The notes beneath the pieces are model-generated. The model worked only from the letters and a program-made list of their open reading frames with translations. It was not told the DNA's origin and ran no database searches. Source: Patescibacteria group bacterium (GTDB lineage: Bacteria > Patescibacteriota > Minisyncoccia > Phycocordibacterales > Phycocordibacteraceae). From it: DNA of 64,000 bases. Both the position numbers and the translations under genes were made by a program. Location: contig JAZJYZ010000001.1 in the NCBI GenBank assembly GCA_040390125.1, positions 374,402-438,401 on the forward strand, in the 5' to 3' direction. Each line of letters begins with the position of its first letter. Positions within the stretch are counted from its first letter, which is position 1. This document shows positions 27,667 to 37,222 of the stretch, in pieces.

Positions 27667-28530
27667 ATGACTTCAAGATTTTATTCACCACTACGTTATC
27701 CTGGAGGGAAAAATAAACTAGCAAAATTTGTAGCTTTGATATGTGAAAAAAATAATATTAATGGACACTATGTTGAGCCTTATGCAGGCGGAGCTTCTGT
27801 CGCTCTATATTTATTGCTAAATGGATATGTAAAAGAGGTCACAATTAATGATTATGATCGTGCAGTTTATGCTTTTTGGTATTCAATTTTGAATTATACA
27901 GAAGAGTTTTGTAAAAAAATATCTTCAACAGAGATAAATGTTGAAAATTGGAAAAAGTTTAAACAGGTTCATTTAAATAAAGAAAAAGCTCCTTTATTTG
28001 ATTTAGGATTTGCTACATTTTTTCTAAATCGTACAAATAGATCTGGAATTATAAACGGAGGAATTATTGGAGGGATCAATCAGCAAGGAGAATATAAAAT
28101 AGATTGTCGTTTCAATAAAGAAGAGTTGATTAAACGCATACGTTTAATTGAGAAGAATCGTGCCAATATACATCTATCTAAATTAGATGCGTTAGATCTT
28201 ATAACTAAAATCCAAAAAAATAAAGGAAATAAAAACACTATTTTCTATTTTGATCCACCTTATTACTTAAAAGGTCCTTCGCTATACATGAACCACTATA
28301 AGCATGAAGACCATAAAGCAGTAAGTGCAGAAATACAAAAAATAAAAAATACCAGATGGATTGTTTCTTATGACAATACTCCTGAGATTAAAAAATTGTA
28401 CTCGATTTCTAAGAAAAAAGAGTATACATTTTTTCATACTGCTTACGAAATAAGGGAAGGTAAAGAAATATTATTTTTTAGTAAAGGATTATCTATTCCT
28501 AGAGTGAGTCGACCAACCATGTTGGCTTAA
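27667..28530 (+). CDS. Dam-family DNA adenine methyltransferase
   Basis: SPLRYPGGK, EPYAGGASV, FFLNRTNRSG, DPPY. Confidence 0.92.
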   Translation: MTSRFYSPLRYPGGKNKLAKFVALICEKNNINGHYVEPYAGGASVALYLLLNGYVKEVTINDYDRAVYAFWYSILNYTEEFCKKISSTEINVENWKKFKQVHLNKEKAPLFDLGFATFFLNRTNRSGIINGGIIGGINQQGEYKIDCRFNKEELIKRIRLIEKNRANIHLSKLDALDLITKIQKNKGNKNTIFYFDPPYYLKGPSLYMNHYKHEDHKAVSAEIQKIKNTRWIVSYDNTPEIKKLYSISKKKEYTFFHTAYEIREGKEILFFSKGLSIPRVSRPTMLA

Positions 28531-28728
28531 TGTTGACTAGAGAGCTAGAAAAATTTCTTTGTTCTCAAAAATTAACGAGTTTTATTGATTAATTAAGATT
28601 CCAACTTCGTACCAAATTCCCAGTCAGTTTGAGATAGGTTCGGACTCCGAGGAGCATCCATTTTACTATTTACAAAGTTCATCCCATCTGACAGGGTTAA
28701 GAGGTGGTTTATTAGTTAAGAAAATAAA

Positions 28729-28941
28729 ATGGCAAAAACTTATCACTCAAAAGAAGAAATGATTAAACGAATGACTGAAGTTCAGAACGAACTGTCGATT
28801 TTGGCAAGTAAAGGCTCTCTCAGTGAAAATGGTTCAAGAACCGCTGACGAAGAGCTCAGGTTTCAAGAACTTTCTCAAGAACTATCTGCTCTCGATATGA
28901 CTCTTAAAGCTATGTCAGGGAACGGAGGTTCAGCCTTATAG
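28729..28941 (+). CDS. Hypothetical coiled-coil small protein
   Basis: 70-aa ORF, stop 1 nt before next ATG. Confidence 0.55.
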   Translation: MAKTYHSKEEMIKRMTEVQNELSILASKGSLSENGSRTADEELRFQELSQELSALDMTLKAMSGNGGSAL

Positions 28942-28942
28942 T

Positions 28943-29158
28943 ATGCGGAAGAATACATTTCTAATCATAATTGGCGTTATAATTGTTGGATCGGCTTTTT
29001 ATTGGTATTCATATCGTCCGTCACACATAAGGTCTCAATGTTTAGCAGAGGGAGAACTAAATCCAACTGCGATTGGTATTTCTGATGATGCCGCTAGAAC
29101 CAAATTTATAAATGACTACTACCAAACCTGCCTTCACAGATTCGGCTTGGATAAATAA
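28943..29158 (+). CDS. Small membrane-anchored protein
   Basis: TM then FYWYSYRPSHIRSQC...YQTCLHRFGL. Confidence 0.65.
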   Translation: MRKNTFLIIIGVIIVGSAFYWYSYRPSHIRSQCLAEGELNPTAIGISDDAARTKFINDYYQTCLHRFGLDK

Positions 29159-29386
29159 TCATTTCGAGGAGCGTCAAAATATTAATCTTAAAAGCATCAG
29201 GGAGGGCTTGTGTGGGACTCGGTGGAGAATTATCTGAATCCCTGTTCCCCAGCTGATTTTTAGGCGTAAAAATCATGTCGAAATTAGCAAATTTCGACCA
29301 GGTGGTTTTTGACATAGGTTCCCCCGCCCGAGACCCATGAATCAAGGTTTGACAAGAGAGTATCTGAATTGTACGGTGAAAGAATT

Positions 29387-30340
29387 ATGGTAGGCGAATC
29401 GTCTAAGGAAACCCGCTCCAAAGTCAGCCTGACGGGAATGGAAGATTGGAAGTGGACTGAGGCGGACGTTGATCACTGGTCTCGAGAGCAAAAACCCAAG
29501 CGCTCGTATCAGGACGAAGTTGTTGACAGAGTCTTAGAGCTGAGGGGCAGATTCGAAGTTCAGCAATACGGAGCACTCTCTCAGGATCCAAAGCGTTACC
29601 CACTCTACGTTTTAAGATCTCCAAATTTTTCTCCCGACAAAAAAACGATTCTGATCACGGGTGGTGTACACGGTTATGAGACCAGCGGTGTTCAGGGTGC
29701 GCTCGGATTTCTCGAGCGTGCGGCTGGACAGTTTGACGGAAAGTTTAATTTTGTGTGCGTGCCTTGTATCAGTCCCTGGGCGTACGAGACGATTAATCGT
29801 TGGAATGCGCAGGCATTTGACCCGAATCGTTGGTTCCGTGACGGGAGTCCGGTTGAGGAGTGTCAGCTTTTCTTGCGTGCGATGAAGGACGTCAAGCCCT
29901 TTGCGCATTTTGATCTTCACGAGACGACCGACACCGACAACAGCGTTTTCCGACCAGCGAAAGGCGAGCGGGATGGAAAGGTCGAGGAGTGGTCAGAGAT
30001 TCCCGACGGATTTTATGCCGTTGGCGATAGCAAGAATCCGCAGGCAGGTTTTCAGAAAGCTATCATCGAGTCGGTTAGGAAGGTAACCCACATCGCCAAA
30101 GCTGATGAAAATGGGAACATTATCGGAACTCCGCTCGAGCAAGAGGGAGTGGTCAACTATGATTTGAAGGAGCTCAATTTGTGCGCCGGCTTTTCAGACG
30201 CTGCATATACTACGACCACAGAAGTATATCCCAATAGCCCCGGGGTCACCGATGAGATCTGCATTGATGCTCAGATTGCCGCTATCGTGGGTGGCTTAAA
30301 CTATCTTTTGAAGCAGGAAGAATCCTCTGATGCACAGTGA
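29387..30340 (+). CDS. M14-family metallopeptidase (succinylglutamate desuccinylase/aspartoacylase-like)
   Basis: GGVHGYETSG, DPNR, DLHET, TTEVYP; TTGACA(29349)-17-TACGGT promoter supports start at 29387. Confidence 0.85.
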   Translation: MVGESSKETRSKVSLTGMEDWKWTEADVDHWSREQKPKRSYQDEVVDRVLELRGRFEVQQYGALSQDPKRYPLYVLRSPNFSPDKKTILITGGVHGYETSGVQGALGFLERAAGQFDGKFNFVCVPCISPWAYETINRWNAQAFDPNRWFRDGSPVEECQLFLRAMKDVKPFAHFDLHETTDTDNSVFRPAKGERDGKVEEWSEIPDGFYAVGDSKNPQAGFQKAIIESVRKVTHIAKADENGNIIGTPLEQEGVVNYDLKELNLCAGFSDAAYTTTTEVYPNSPGVTDEICIDAQIAAIVGGLNYLLKQEESSDAQ

Positions 30341-30507
30341 GAGTGATGACCGAATCTCTGTTACCCAGCTGAATTGGAGTTTTTATAAAAACGAAGTTTT
30401 TCAATAAAAAGCTTCAATTCATGTCACGGACGTCCCACAAGACGCCAAGACCAGCGTGATACACGTTCCGACTCCAAGGAAGGTCACTGAGGTACAATGA
30501 CGGATAG

Positions 30508-30939
30508 ATGGAAACCTACAACTGGTACTCACAGCTTATTAAGCCGACATGGGCTCCACCTGCATGGCTTTTTGGACCAGTGTGGACAGTGCTTTATGCA
30601 ATTATTGCGGTTACGTACGGAACCATATTTTATAAAGTATTCACTAAAGAGATTCCGTGGATCGTGGCGCTTCCGTTCGCTCTCAATCTTATTTTCAATT
30701 TTGCATTTACACCAATACAATTTGGACTAAAAAATAATTTGCTTGCCTCGATAGATATTTTACTTATTGTTGGCACACTTATCTGGGCGCTCTATGCACT
30801 CTATTCTTTTGGTCTCACACTTCACATTGAGACTGGCGCTCCCACGTATGCGTGGATCATCTACGCCAATATTCCATATCTTTTGTGGGGAATTTTCGCT
30901 ACATGTTTGCAGCTCACGATTACGTATATGAACAAATAA
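30508..30939 (+). CDS. tspO: TspO/MBR tryptophan-rich sensory protein
   Basis: WYSQLIKPTWAPPAWLFGPVWTVLY and PYLLW. Confidence 0.92.
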   Translation: METYNWYSQLIKPTWAPPAWLFGPVWTVLYAIIAVTYGTIFYKVFTKEIPWIVALPFALNLIFNFAFTPIQFGLKNNLLASIDILLIVGTLIWALYALYSFGLTLHIETGAPTYAWIIYANIPYLLWGIFATCLQLTITYMNK

Positions 30940-30942
30940 TCT

Positions 30943-31293
30943 ATGCGTGTATGGGATATACACCCAAAGCATTTGTGTAGAAAGCACCTACTCGCAGAAC
31001 ATCGAGAGCTTCATGGACTTTGGAATATTCTTACAAAACATAAAGGCACAGGGGGATATTCGCGCCATCCGGAGACATTGCGCTGGGTAGGAAAACAAAA
31101 AGCACTCTACAATCGGCACGAGGCATTAGTTAAGGAATTCACTCGTCGTGGCTATAAGCATCACACGCCTCTCAATAAACAGTTTGCAAAAGGGTCTGGT
31201 AGTCAGAAGGTATTTATTAACACTCTCAAAGAGCAGGAGGCAATACTTAAACAGAAGTCATGCGAATGTCTCCTTCGAGAGGTATCGAAATAG
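30943..31293 (+). CDS. Pyrimidine-dimer DNA glycosylase/endonuclease V-like protein
   Basis: MRVWDIHPKHLCRKHLLAEHRELH, HPET..W, RRGYKH. Confidence 0.8.
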   Translation: MRVWDIHPKHLCRKHLLAEHRELHGLWNILTKHKGTGGYSRHPETLRWVGKQKALYNRHEALVKEFTRRGYKHHTPLNKQFAKGSGSQKVFINTLKEQEAILKQKSCECLLREVSK

Positions 31294-31397
31294 TTCCTGA
31301 TGTTCCAAAAGACAAAAGAGCACCTGAGTTAGGCTCAATAAATTCCACCCCCCCCAACAAAGCTAGACTTAGCTTATGAATGATAGAAAATCTCTCC

Positions 31398-31874
31398 TTA
31401 ACCCCGCCTTGCTGCATCAATAGCAGCGACGTCTATTTTTTGCATTGTCATCATTGCATCGAAAGCACGCTTTGCTTCGGCGCCACCAGCTGCAAGGGCT
31501 TCAGTAAGGGTGCGTGGCGTTATTTGCCACGATAGTCCCCAGCGGTCCTTGCACCATCCGCATTCACTTTCTTTGCCACCGTTTTCCACTATTGCGTTCC
31601 AGTAGCGGTCGGTTTCTTCCTGACCGTCCGTCGCAATCTGAAAGGAAAATGCCTCACTTTGTTTAAATACAGGGCCACCATTCAAGCCGATGCAGGGAAT
31701 TCCGCAGACACTGAACTCTACCGTTAGCACATCGCCTTTCTTGCCACTCGGAAAATCACTAGGCGCATAAAAGACATTAGTTACCTTACTATCAGGGAAA
31801 GTAGCGGCATAAAAGTTCGCTGCGGCTTCCGCATTCTTATCAAACCAGAGGCAAATTGTATTTTTTGGTGTCAT
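31398..31874 (-). CDS. VOC/PhnB-like (3-demethylubiquinone-9 3-methyltransferase family) protein
   Basis: ICLWFD, LNGGP, CGWCKDRWGLSWQI. Confidence 0.9.
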   Translation of the reverse strand: MTPKNTICLWFDKNAEAAANFYAATFPDSKVTNVFYAPSDFPSGKKGDVLTVEFSVCGIPCIGLNGGPVFKQSEAFSFQIATDGQEETDRYWNAIVENGGKESECGWCKDRWGLSWQITPRTLTEALAAGGAEAKRAFDAMMTMQKIDVAAIDAARRG

Positions 31875-32009
31875 TTTTGTGTGCAGTATTATTTTAGTAT
31901 TTTACAGCGTTTCAGTACAATGTACAAAATAAATAAAGATGTCTCATTTTCGAAGAACCGACCGAGACGCTCATTTAGTTTGGATTCTGTGCCATGATGA
32001 GTAGTAGCT

Positions 32010-32531
32010 ATGAATAAATTCTTTCCTCTTATTGCATTGGCACTTCTCCTCATCATTGGTGGGGGAGTCTGGTATTACAATGACGCACAAAAGACTCCGT
32101 CCGTAATCGGCTGCACCATGGAAGCAAAGATTTGCCCCGATGGTTCAGCTGTTGGACGCACAGGCCCGCAATGTGAATTTTCTGCCTGTCCAGAAGCTGG
32201 AGGAGTGACATCTTATTCATCGGGTATCCGAGGAATAGTGTTAGCGGGGCCAGTGTGCCCAGTGGAGCGTAATCCTCCCGACCCAAACTGTGCTGACAGA
32301 CCAATTGAAACAAATGTTTCTGTATACAAAGCATCAGATATTACCCGTGCGCTCGTTGTAACAACAGGCGCACAGAATGGCACATTTGAGATGAAGCTAC
32401 CGGCAGGTGAGTATGTGGTGATGAGTGGCCCATATGGAGTACCGCTTCCACGATGTAGCGATGTTTCAGTAAGTGTCAAAGAAAATGCGTATACGAACGT
32501 ACAAGTATCGTGCGACACAGGAATACGGTAA
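32010..32531 (+). CDS. Exported protein with CPR-type CTxEAKICPDG motif
   Basis: CTMEAKICPDGSAVGRTGPQCEFSAC; GPVCPVE; CDTGIR terminus. Confidence 0.75.
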   Translation: MNKFFPLIALALLLIIGGGVWYYNDAQKTPSVIGCTMEAKICPDGSAVGRTGPQCEFSACPEAGGVTSYSSGIRGIVLAGPVCPVERNPPDPNCADRPIETNVSVYKASDITRALVVTTGAQNGTFEMKLPAGEYVVMSGPYGVPLPRCSDVSVSVKENAYTNVQVSCDTGIR

Positions 32532-32650
32532 GGCACGAGAGTTGTGATTAACTCGACGTCCCTAATTTCAATAAAATTTTTGGAAATGAGGAACGCTATA
32601 TATTGATAATAGGGGTAAGTGGCCGATAGTGTTACCCTACCCTTACTTTC

Positions 32651-33091
32651 ATGGCTATCATACAACCGACCCCAGTGAACGGGTTTTATAGAATTTTGCG
32701 TTGGTGCATAGGAATACCTGTTGTGTATCTTATGCTGGTACCTATCGTGATTGCCGATATTTTTTTGGAAATCTACCACCATGTAGCATTCCCCATGTTT
32801 GGTATTAAAAAAGTCAATCGACATGAATATATTCGCATACGGGATCGGGCAGAACTCTCGTACCTTACCTGGTATGAGAAATTAAATTGTGCCTATTGTG
32901 GTTATGTGAACGGCTGGCTTCATTACGCATCAGTTATTGCAGGACGTACGGAAAATTACTTTTGCGCAGTGGCACACCTTGAAACACGAGGATACGTTCC
33001 TTCAGAACACGAAAAATCATTTGTTAAGTATGGCGATGAGGCCGCACTCCGTCGTCGTTATGCACGCCACGAGGAAGATTTTGGTGGATGA
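32651..33091 (+). CDS. Conserved hypothetical membrane protein
   Basis: EKLNCAYCGYVNG, RTENYFC motifs. Confidence 0.7.
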   Translation: MAIIQPTPVNGFYRILRWCIGIPVVYLMLVPIVIADIFLEIYHHVAFPMFGIKKVNRHEYIRIRDRAELSYLTWYEKLNCAYCGYVNGWLHYASVIAGRTENYFCAVAHLETRGYVPSEHEKSFVKYGDEAALRRRYARHEEDFGG

Positions 33092-33149
33092 AATAAGAAA
33101 CTGTCTGCCATCTGGTAGTTGTGACCAAATACCTACCTCAAATCAAAAA

Positions 33150-33178
33150 TGAAATTAATGTCGTTTTTGAGTGTATTA
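33150..33178 (+). promoter_or_regulatory. Putative ECF sigma promoter
   Basis: TGAAAT-16-TGTATTA, matching motifs at 33895 and 35263. Confidence 0.55.
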
Positions 33179-33239
33179 GCTAGGGTGAGTGGGCATGGCT
33201 CCCTCACACCATGGTCATTACTTACTAAATCATACAATA

Positions 33240-33803
33240 ATGAAAAATAAATTAATGCACATATCAAAGAAGTCTCGAATGATTGCAGCAACAGCTTTTG
33301 CTCTTGGACTTGCAGTAGTTGGAGGAAACTTCGCGTACGCTAATACTGTTTCGACTGGAGACAAGCACAATCCGATGAGTTCTCTTGTGTCTGCTATTGC
33401 AACCAAGTTTAATCTGAACTCGGCAGAGGTGCAGACTGTCGTTGACGATGTCATGAAGACAGAACGCACCACGCACAGGCTTCAGATGCAGACAAATCAA
33501 GCAACCAGGCTTGCTAAAGCAGTAACAGATGGAAAGCTTACACAAGCGCAGGCTACTCTTATTACTGCAAAAGTGGCGGAAATGAAAGCTTCAATGGAAG
33601 CGAATCGAACCGCCAATGAAAATCTGACTCAAGCGGAGCGTAAGACTAAGATGGAGGCTGAGCAGGCAAGTCTTAAAGCATGGGCAACTGCAAACAATAT
33701 TCCCATGAACTTTCTTTCTCAGTTTGGAGGAAAAGGACACGGAGGATTTGACGGACATAGGGGTCCTGGTGGAAACGGCGACGCACCAAGGCAAGGTAAT
33801 TAA
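33240..33803 (+). CDS. Exported helical protein
   Basis: Signal peptide; AV.DGKLTQAQA; Gly-rich C-terminus. Confidence 0.75.
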   Translation: MKNKLMHISKKSRMIAATAFALGLAVVGGNFAYANTVSTGDKHNPMSSLVSAIATKFNLNSAEVQTVVDDVMKTERTTHRLQMQTNQATRLAKAVTDGKLTQAQATLITAKVAEMKASMEANRTANENLTQAERKTKMEAEQASLKAWATANNIPMNFLSQFGGKGHGGFDGHRGPGGNGDAPRQGN

Positions 33804-33852
33804 ATACTTTCTCTCGGACCTCTCTAATAACAGCTTTTCTACAAAGCTTGTA

Positions 33853-33880
33853 CACAAAACCCCCGTGAGGGGGTTTTGTG
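33853..33880 (+). terminator. Intrinsic terminator hairpin
   Basis: CACAAAACCCCC-GTGA-GGGGGTTTTGTG. Confidence 0.7.
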
Positions 33881-33916
33881 GTGTACCTATTAGGTGTAAT
33901 AAAAGTGGGATGCCAG

Positions 33917-34495
33917 ATGTATTATGAAGTTGTGGGTCAACCAGATTCACCGATATGCGATGAACAAATCGCCAAACAGGTACAAGAAGGAGATAGAGAG
34001 GCCTTTGGCTTTTTGGTCGACCGCTATCAAAGCAAGTTGCAGCGGTATGGAACTAAGTTTCTCTCAAGGAAAGAAGACATTGAAGATATTGTGCAGGACG
34101 TTTTTATGAGTGCATATAAGAACATAAAAAGTTTTCATACCGACGAGCGTTTTAGTCCATGGATATATCGCATTGCACATAATGCCTTTGTAAATGGCTT
34201 ACGAAAAAAAGAAAGATCACCACTTATAACAATCGACTTCGACACCCTTGTGTCGCATGCAATCTACGAAGACCCAGCAGAATCAGAACGTGAACAAAAG
34301 GAAACACGAGATATGTTAGACAAGGTGCTGACACGTATCAATCCACGGTATCGAGAAATTTTAGTTCTACATTACTTTGAGGAAATGCCGTATCGGGACA
34401 TTGCGGAGGTTTTAAAGATTCCTATAGGTACCGTTGGGGTACGCATTCGACGAGCAAAGGAAGCGCTCAAAAAAATACTTACAAAAACTATATGA
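33917..34495 (+). CDS. ECF RNA polymerase sigma factor
   Basis: EDIVQDVF, FSPWIYRIAHN, region 4 YRDIAEVLKIPIGTVGVRIRRAK; start may be GTG 33932. Confidence 0.92.
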   Translation: MYYEVVGQPDSPICDEQIAKQVQEGDREAFGFLVDRYQSKLQRYGTKFLSRKEDIEDIVQDVFMSAYKNIKSFHTDERFSPWIYRIAHNAFVNGLRKKERSPLITIDFDTLVSHAIYEDPAESEREQKETRDMLDKVLTRINPRYREILVLHYFEEMPYRDIAEVLKIPIGTVGVRIRRAKEALKKILTKTI

Positions 34496-35247
34496 ACCAG
34501 CAAAAAAAACCTATAAGTATTAAAGATAAAATTCTTACTGATATCAAATCAGGGGAAATTACAATGCGTCCGAAGATTTACTTTACGCTCAAAATCGCAG
34601 CTCTCATTGTAGGTGCGTTTGCAGTGGTGGCTATTTCAATCTTTATCTTCAATTTTATTCTCTTTACTATCCGTATCAGCGGTCAGGACAATCTACTTGG
34701 GTTTGGCCCTAGAGGATGGGAAGTGTTTGTACGTCATTTTCCCTGGCACTTGCTCGTGCTCGATATCGCACTAATTATTGGTTTGCAATGGCTTCTTCGA
34801 CAATTTAAATTTGGTTATAAAATTCCGATACTGTATCTCCTCCTTGGTCTTTTATGCGTTACTGCTGTTGCCGGTTTTGCACTAGAGAGAGGGACACCTT
34901 TTAATGATCGCCTGTATCAGATGCGTGGGCAGGGGCTACCTTCACCTCTCGGAGGTTTCTATGACCGGGCCAATCGACCACCCCCTCTTGGTGGCGGTGT
35001 GTGTAGATGCACTATTACCGCCATCACGGGCAATATACTCACTGTGCAGGATAGTCGGAGTACCACTACTCTTTCAGTTATCCTTCCTGCAAATGACCCA
35101 AGAGCTACGACAACATCTCTTAAGGTTGGAGATATAGTGCTCGTAGCAGGAGACCAACAAGACGGAGTAATTAACGCTTTCGGGGTACGAAAGATATCGC
35201 CTGATGACCCCGGCCCTCGCCGGTTTACTCCTCCTTCTCCTCGTTAA
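34492..35247 (+). CDS. Membrane protein, putative anti-sigma factor
   Basis: Overlaps the sigma stop; three TM helices and C-terminal OB-like domain. Confidence 0.6.
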   Translation: MNQQKKPISIKDKILTDIKSGEITMRPKIYFTLKIAALIVGAFAVVAISIFIFNFILFTIRISGQDNLLGFGPRGWEVFVRHFPWHLLVLDIALIIGLQWLLRQFKFGYKIPILYLLLGLLCVTAVAGFALERGTPFNDRLYQMRGQGLPSPLGGFYDRANRPPPLGGGVCRCTITAITGNILTVQDSRSTTTLSVILPANDPRATTTSLKVGDIVLVAGDQQDGVINAFGVRKISPDDPGPRRFTPPSPR

Positions 35248-35298
35248 CGCAAACTTCTCAGATGAAATAAATCCGAGGGGGTTTTTGTATTAAAGAAT

Positions 35299-35388
35299 GT
35301 GAGTAGTAGAACAGTAGGAATTATCGCACTAGCAGTTGTAATCATCGTCACTTTGGTCTTGTTTTTCAATAGTCCGATCGAAATATAG
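35299..35388 (+). CDS. 29-aa single-TM microprotein (not in ORF track)
   Basis: GTG start just after ECF-type motif; MSSRTVGIIALAVVIIVTLVLFFNSPIEI. Confidence 0.35.
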   Translation: MSSRTVGIIALAVVIIVTLVLFFNSPIEI

Positions 35389-35416
35389 ATTTATTTTAAT
35401 TAATGTACTACGTCCG

Positions 35417-37219
35417 ATGAAAAGCATAAAAAATCTCGCTGGTGCGTACGGCACGAAACTCTTGGGCTTCAGAGTTCACTCAAAACAGTGGGCTATGAAA
35501 CATAAATTCATTAGCGTTGTTCTGCTGGTGGTTGCTCTTGGTGGCGCTTGGTGGGCATATGGACTTGCAACCACGGCAAGCGCTGAGACACGCTATGTAC
35601 TTAGTGTAGTGGGGAGAGGCACCGTCATATCCTCTGTTTCTGCAAGCGGGCAAGTATCATCTTCTAATCAATTGGATATCCAAGCCAAAGTTTCAGGGGA
35701 AATACTATCTGTTAATGTCACTCCAGGTCAAAAGGTATACGCCGGCCAGATGATAGCCATTATTGATCCGACGAGTGCCGAAAAAGCAGTACGTGATGCA
35801 GAGGCGAACCTTGAAAGTGCACAGATATCTTTAGAAAAATTACAAAAACCCGCTTCTGCACTCACTGTTACACAAGCGCAAAACGCTCTTACGAATGCAG
35901 AGGATGCGCTGGTAAAACTGTATAGCGACAGTAACACCGATGTAGTAAATGCATTTCTCGATTTGCCGGGGATCATCACAAACCTGGAGGATATTCTCAC
36001 TGGCACCGATGCGTGCGGGGGTGGGCAGTGGAACGTGGATTGTTACACCAACGCCATGAGTGGTTATGATTCAGAAGTAGAAGCGTACAGTCGCACCGCA
36101 CAGAACGATTATACTGCGGCAAAAAAAGCATACGAGTCGGCATTCGTGGACTATCAAGCACTTGGTACCACAGCAGACAATGCGTCGATAGAGAAAGCCT
36201 TGAGCAAGGCATACACCGCTGTTCAATCGGCCAGCAAAGCGGTCAAAAGTGCGAACGCCTTCATACAGCTCTATGAAGACACGCTCGAAACCCATAACCG
36301 CATCCCTGCCGCTGCGGCCGGTGCTGCACTCGATGAACTGAGCACGTTCACCGGCCAGTTGAACTCCCACTTCTCTTCGCTCCTTTCGGATACTAATTCT
36401 CTAAAACAAGACAAGCAAAACATTGTTGAAAAACAACAATCGCTTGCAGAAACTATGGCAGGCACCGACTCTCTTGACCTTCGGAGTTCAAAGTTGAGCG
36501 TGACGAAAGCACAAAATTCTTTAGAAGACGCTAAAACTACCTTGGCGGATTATTATGTGCGTGCCCCTTTTGCGGGCACCATTGCGGCGGTCGATGCGAA
36601 GAAATATGAAACAGCGAGCGGAGTACTTGCAACGCTCATCACGACTCAGAAAATCGCCGAACTTTCTCTTAACGAAGTTGATGCCGCAAAAGTTAAACTC
36701 GGTAATAAAGCAACCCTTACCTTTGACGCACTGGAAGATCTTACGTTAACGGGAGAAGTTGTAGAGATAGATACTATTGGCGCAGTTGAACAAGGAGTGG
36801 TGAGTTACAGTCTCAAGATAGCATTCGACAGTCAGGACGAGAGAATCAAGTCTGGAATGACGGTAAATTCGAGCATACAAACAGCAGTGAAGCAGGATGT
36901 GCTGACGGTGCCAACGAGTGCAGTGAAAACCCAAAACGGAGTAAGTTATGTACAAGTTTTTGACCCAGCACTCGGGGATACTGGCGGTACCCAAGGAGTC
37001 ATTTCAAAAATTCCACCACAGCAAGTCATGGTTGAAGTGGGGATCTCCGATGACACAACAGTCGAAATACTTTCTGGTCTGACGGAAGGGCAACAAATTG
37101 TAACTCGCACCGCTTCTGGTGCCGCCACCACACAATCAACAACGCAAGGCGCACCTTCTTTACTTGGTGGGGGAGCCGTGCGAACCAGTACCGGAGGAGG
37201 AGGTTTTGCGCCACGATAA
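35417..37219 (+). CDS. MacA-like efflux periplasmic adaptor
   Basis: N-terminal TM, biotinyl-like SGEILSV, long coiled coil, RAPFAG, EILSGL.EG. Confidence 0.88.
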   Translation: MKSIKNLAGAYGTKLLGFRVHSKQWAMKHKFISVVLLVVALGGAWWAYGLATTASAETRYVLSVVGRGTVISSVSASGQVSSSNQLDIQAKVSGEILSVNVTPGQKVYAGQMIAIIDPTSAEKAVRDAEANLESAQISLEKLQKPASALTVTQAQNALTNAEDALVKLYSDSNTDVVNAFLDLPGIITNLEDILTGTDACGGGQWNVDCYTNAMSGYDSEVEAYSRTAQNDYTAAKKAYESAFVDYQALGTTADNASIEKALSKAYTAVQSASKAVKSANAFIQLYEDTLETHNRIPAAAAGAALDELSTFTGQLNSHFSSLLSDTNSLKQDKQNIVEKQQSLAETMAGTDSLDLRSSKLSVTKAQNSLEDAKTTLADYYVRAPFAGTIAAVDAKKYETASGVLATLITTQKIAELSLNEVDAAKVKLGNKATLTFDALEDLTLTGEVVEIDTIGAVEQGVVSYSLKIAFDSQDERIKSGMTVNSSIQTAVKQDVLTVPTSAVKTQNGVSYVQVFDPALGDTGGTQGVISKIPPQQVMVEVGISDDTTVEILSGLTEGQQIVTRTASGAATTQSTTQGAPSLLGGGAVRTSTGGGGFAPR

Positions 37220-37222
37220 TTC

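Larger units (their letters stand above)
25944..30372 (+). mobile_element. tRNA-Gln-anchored variable region partitioned by tRNA 3'-end repeats
   Basis: GAATCCCTGTTCCCCAGC at 25944 and 29236 (18/18); variants at 26148, 26190, 30352; no integrase seen. Confidence 0.7.

Noticed and set aside
25944-30372. CRISPR array suggested by recurring 17-18 bp repeats
   Set aside because: Spacing is irregular (40 bp to 3 kb), repeats equal the tRNA 3' end, and there are no cas genes
25962-33134. Prophage or classical integrative element
   Set aside because: No integrase, recombinase, replication or structural genes are visible
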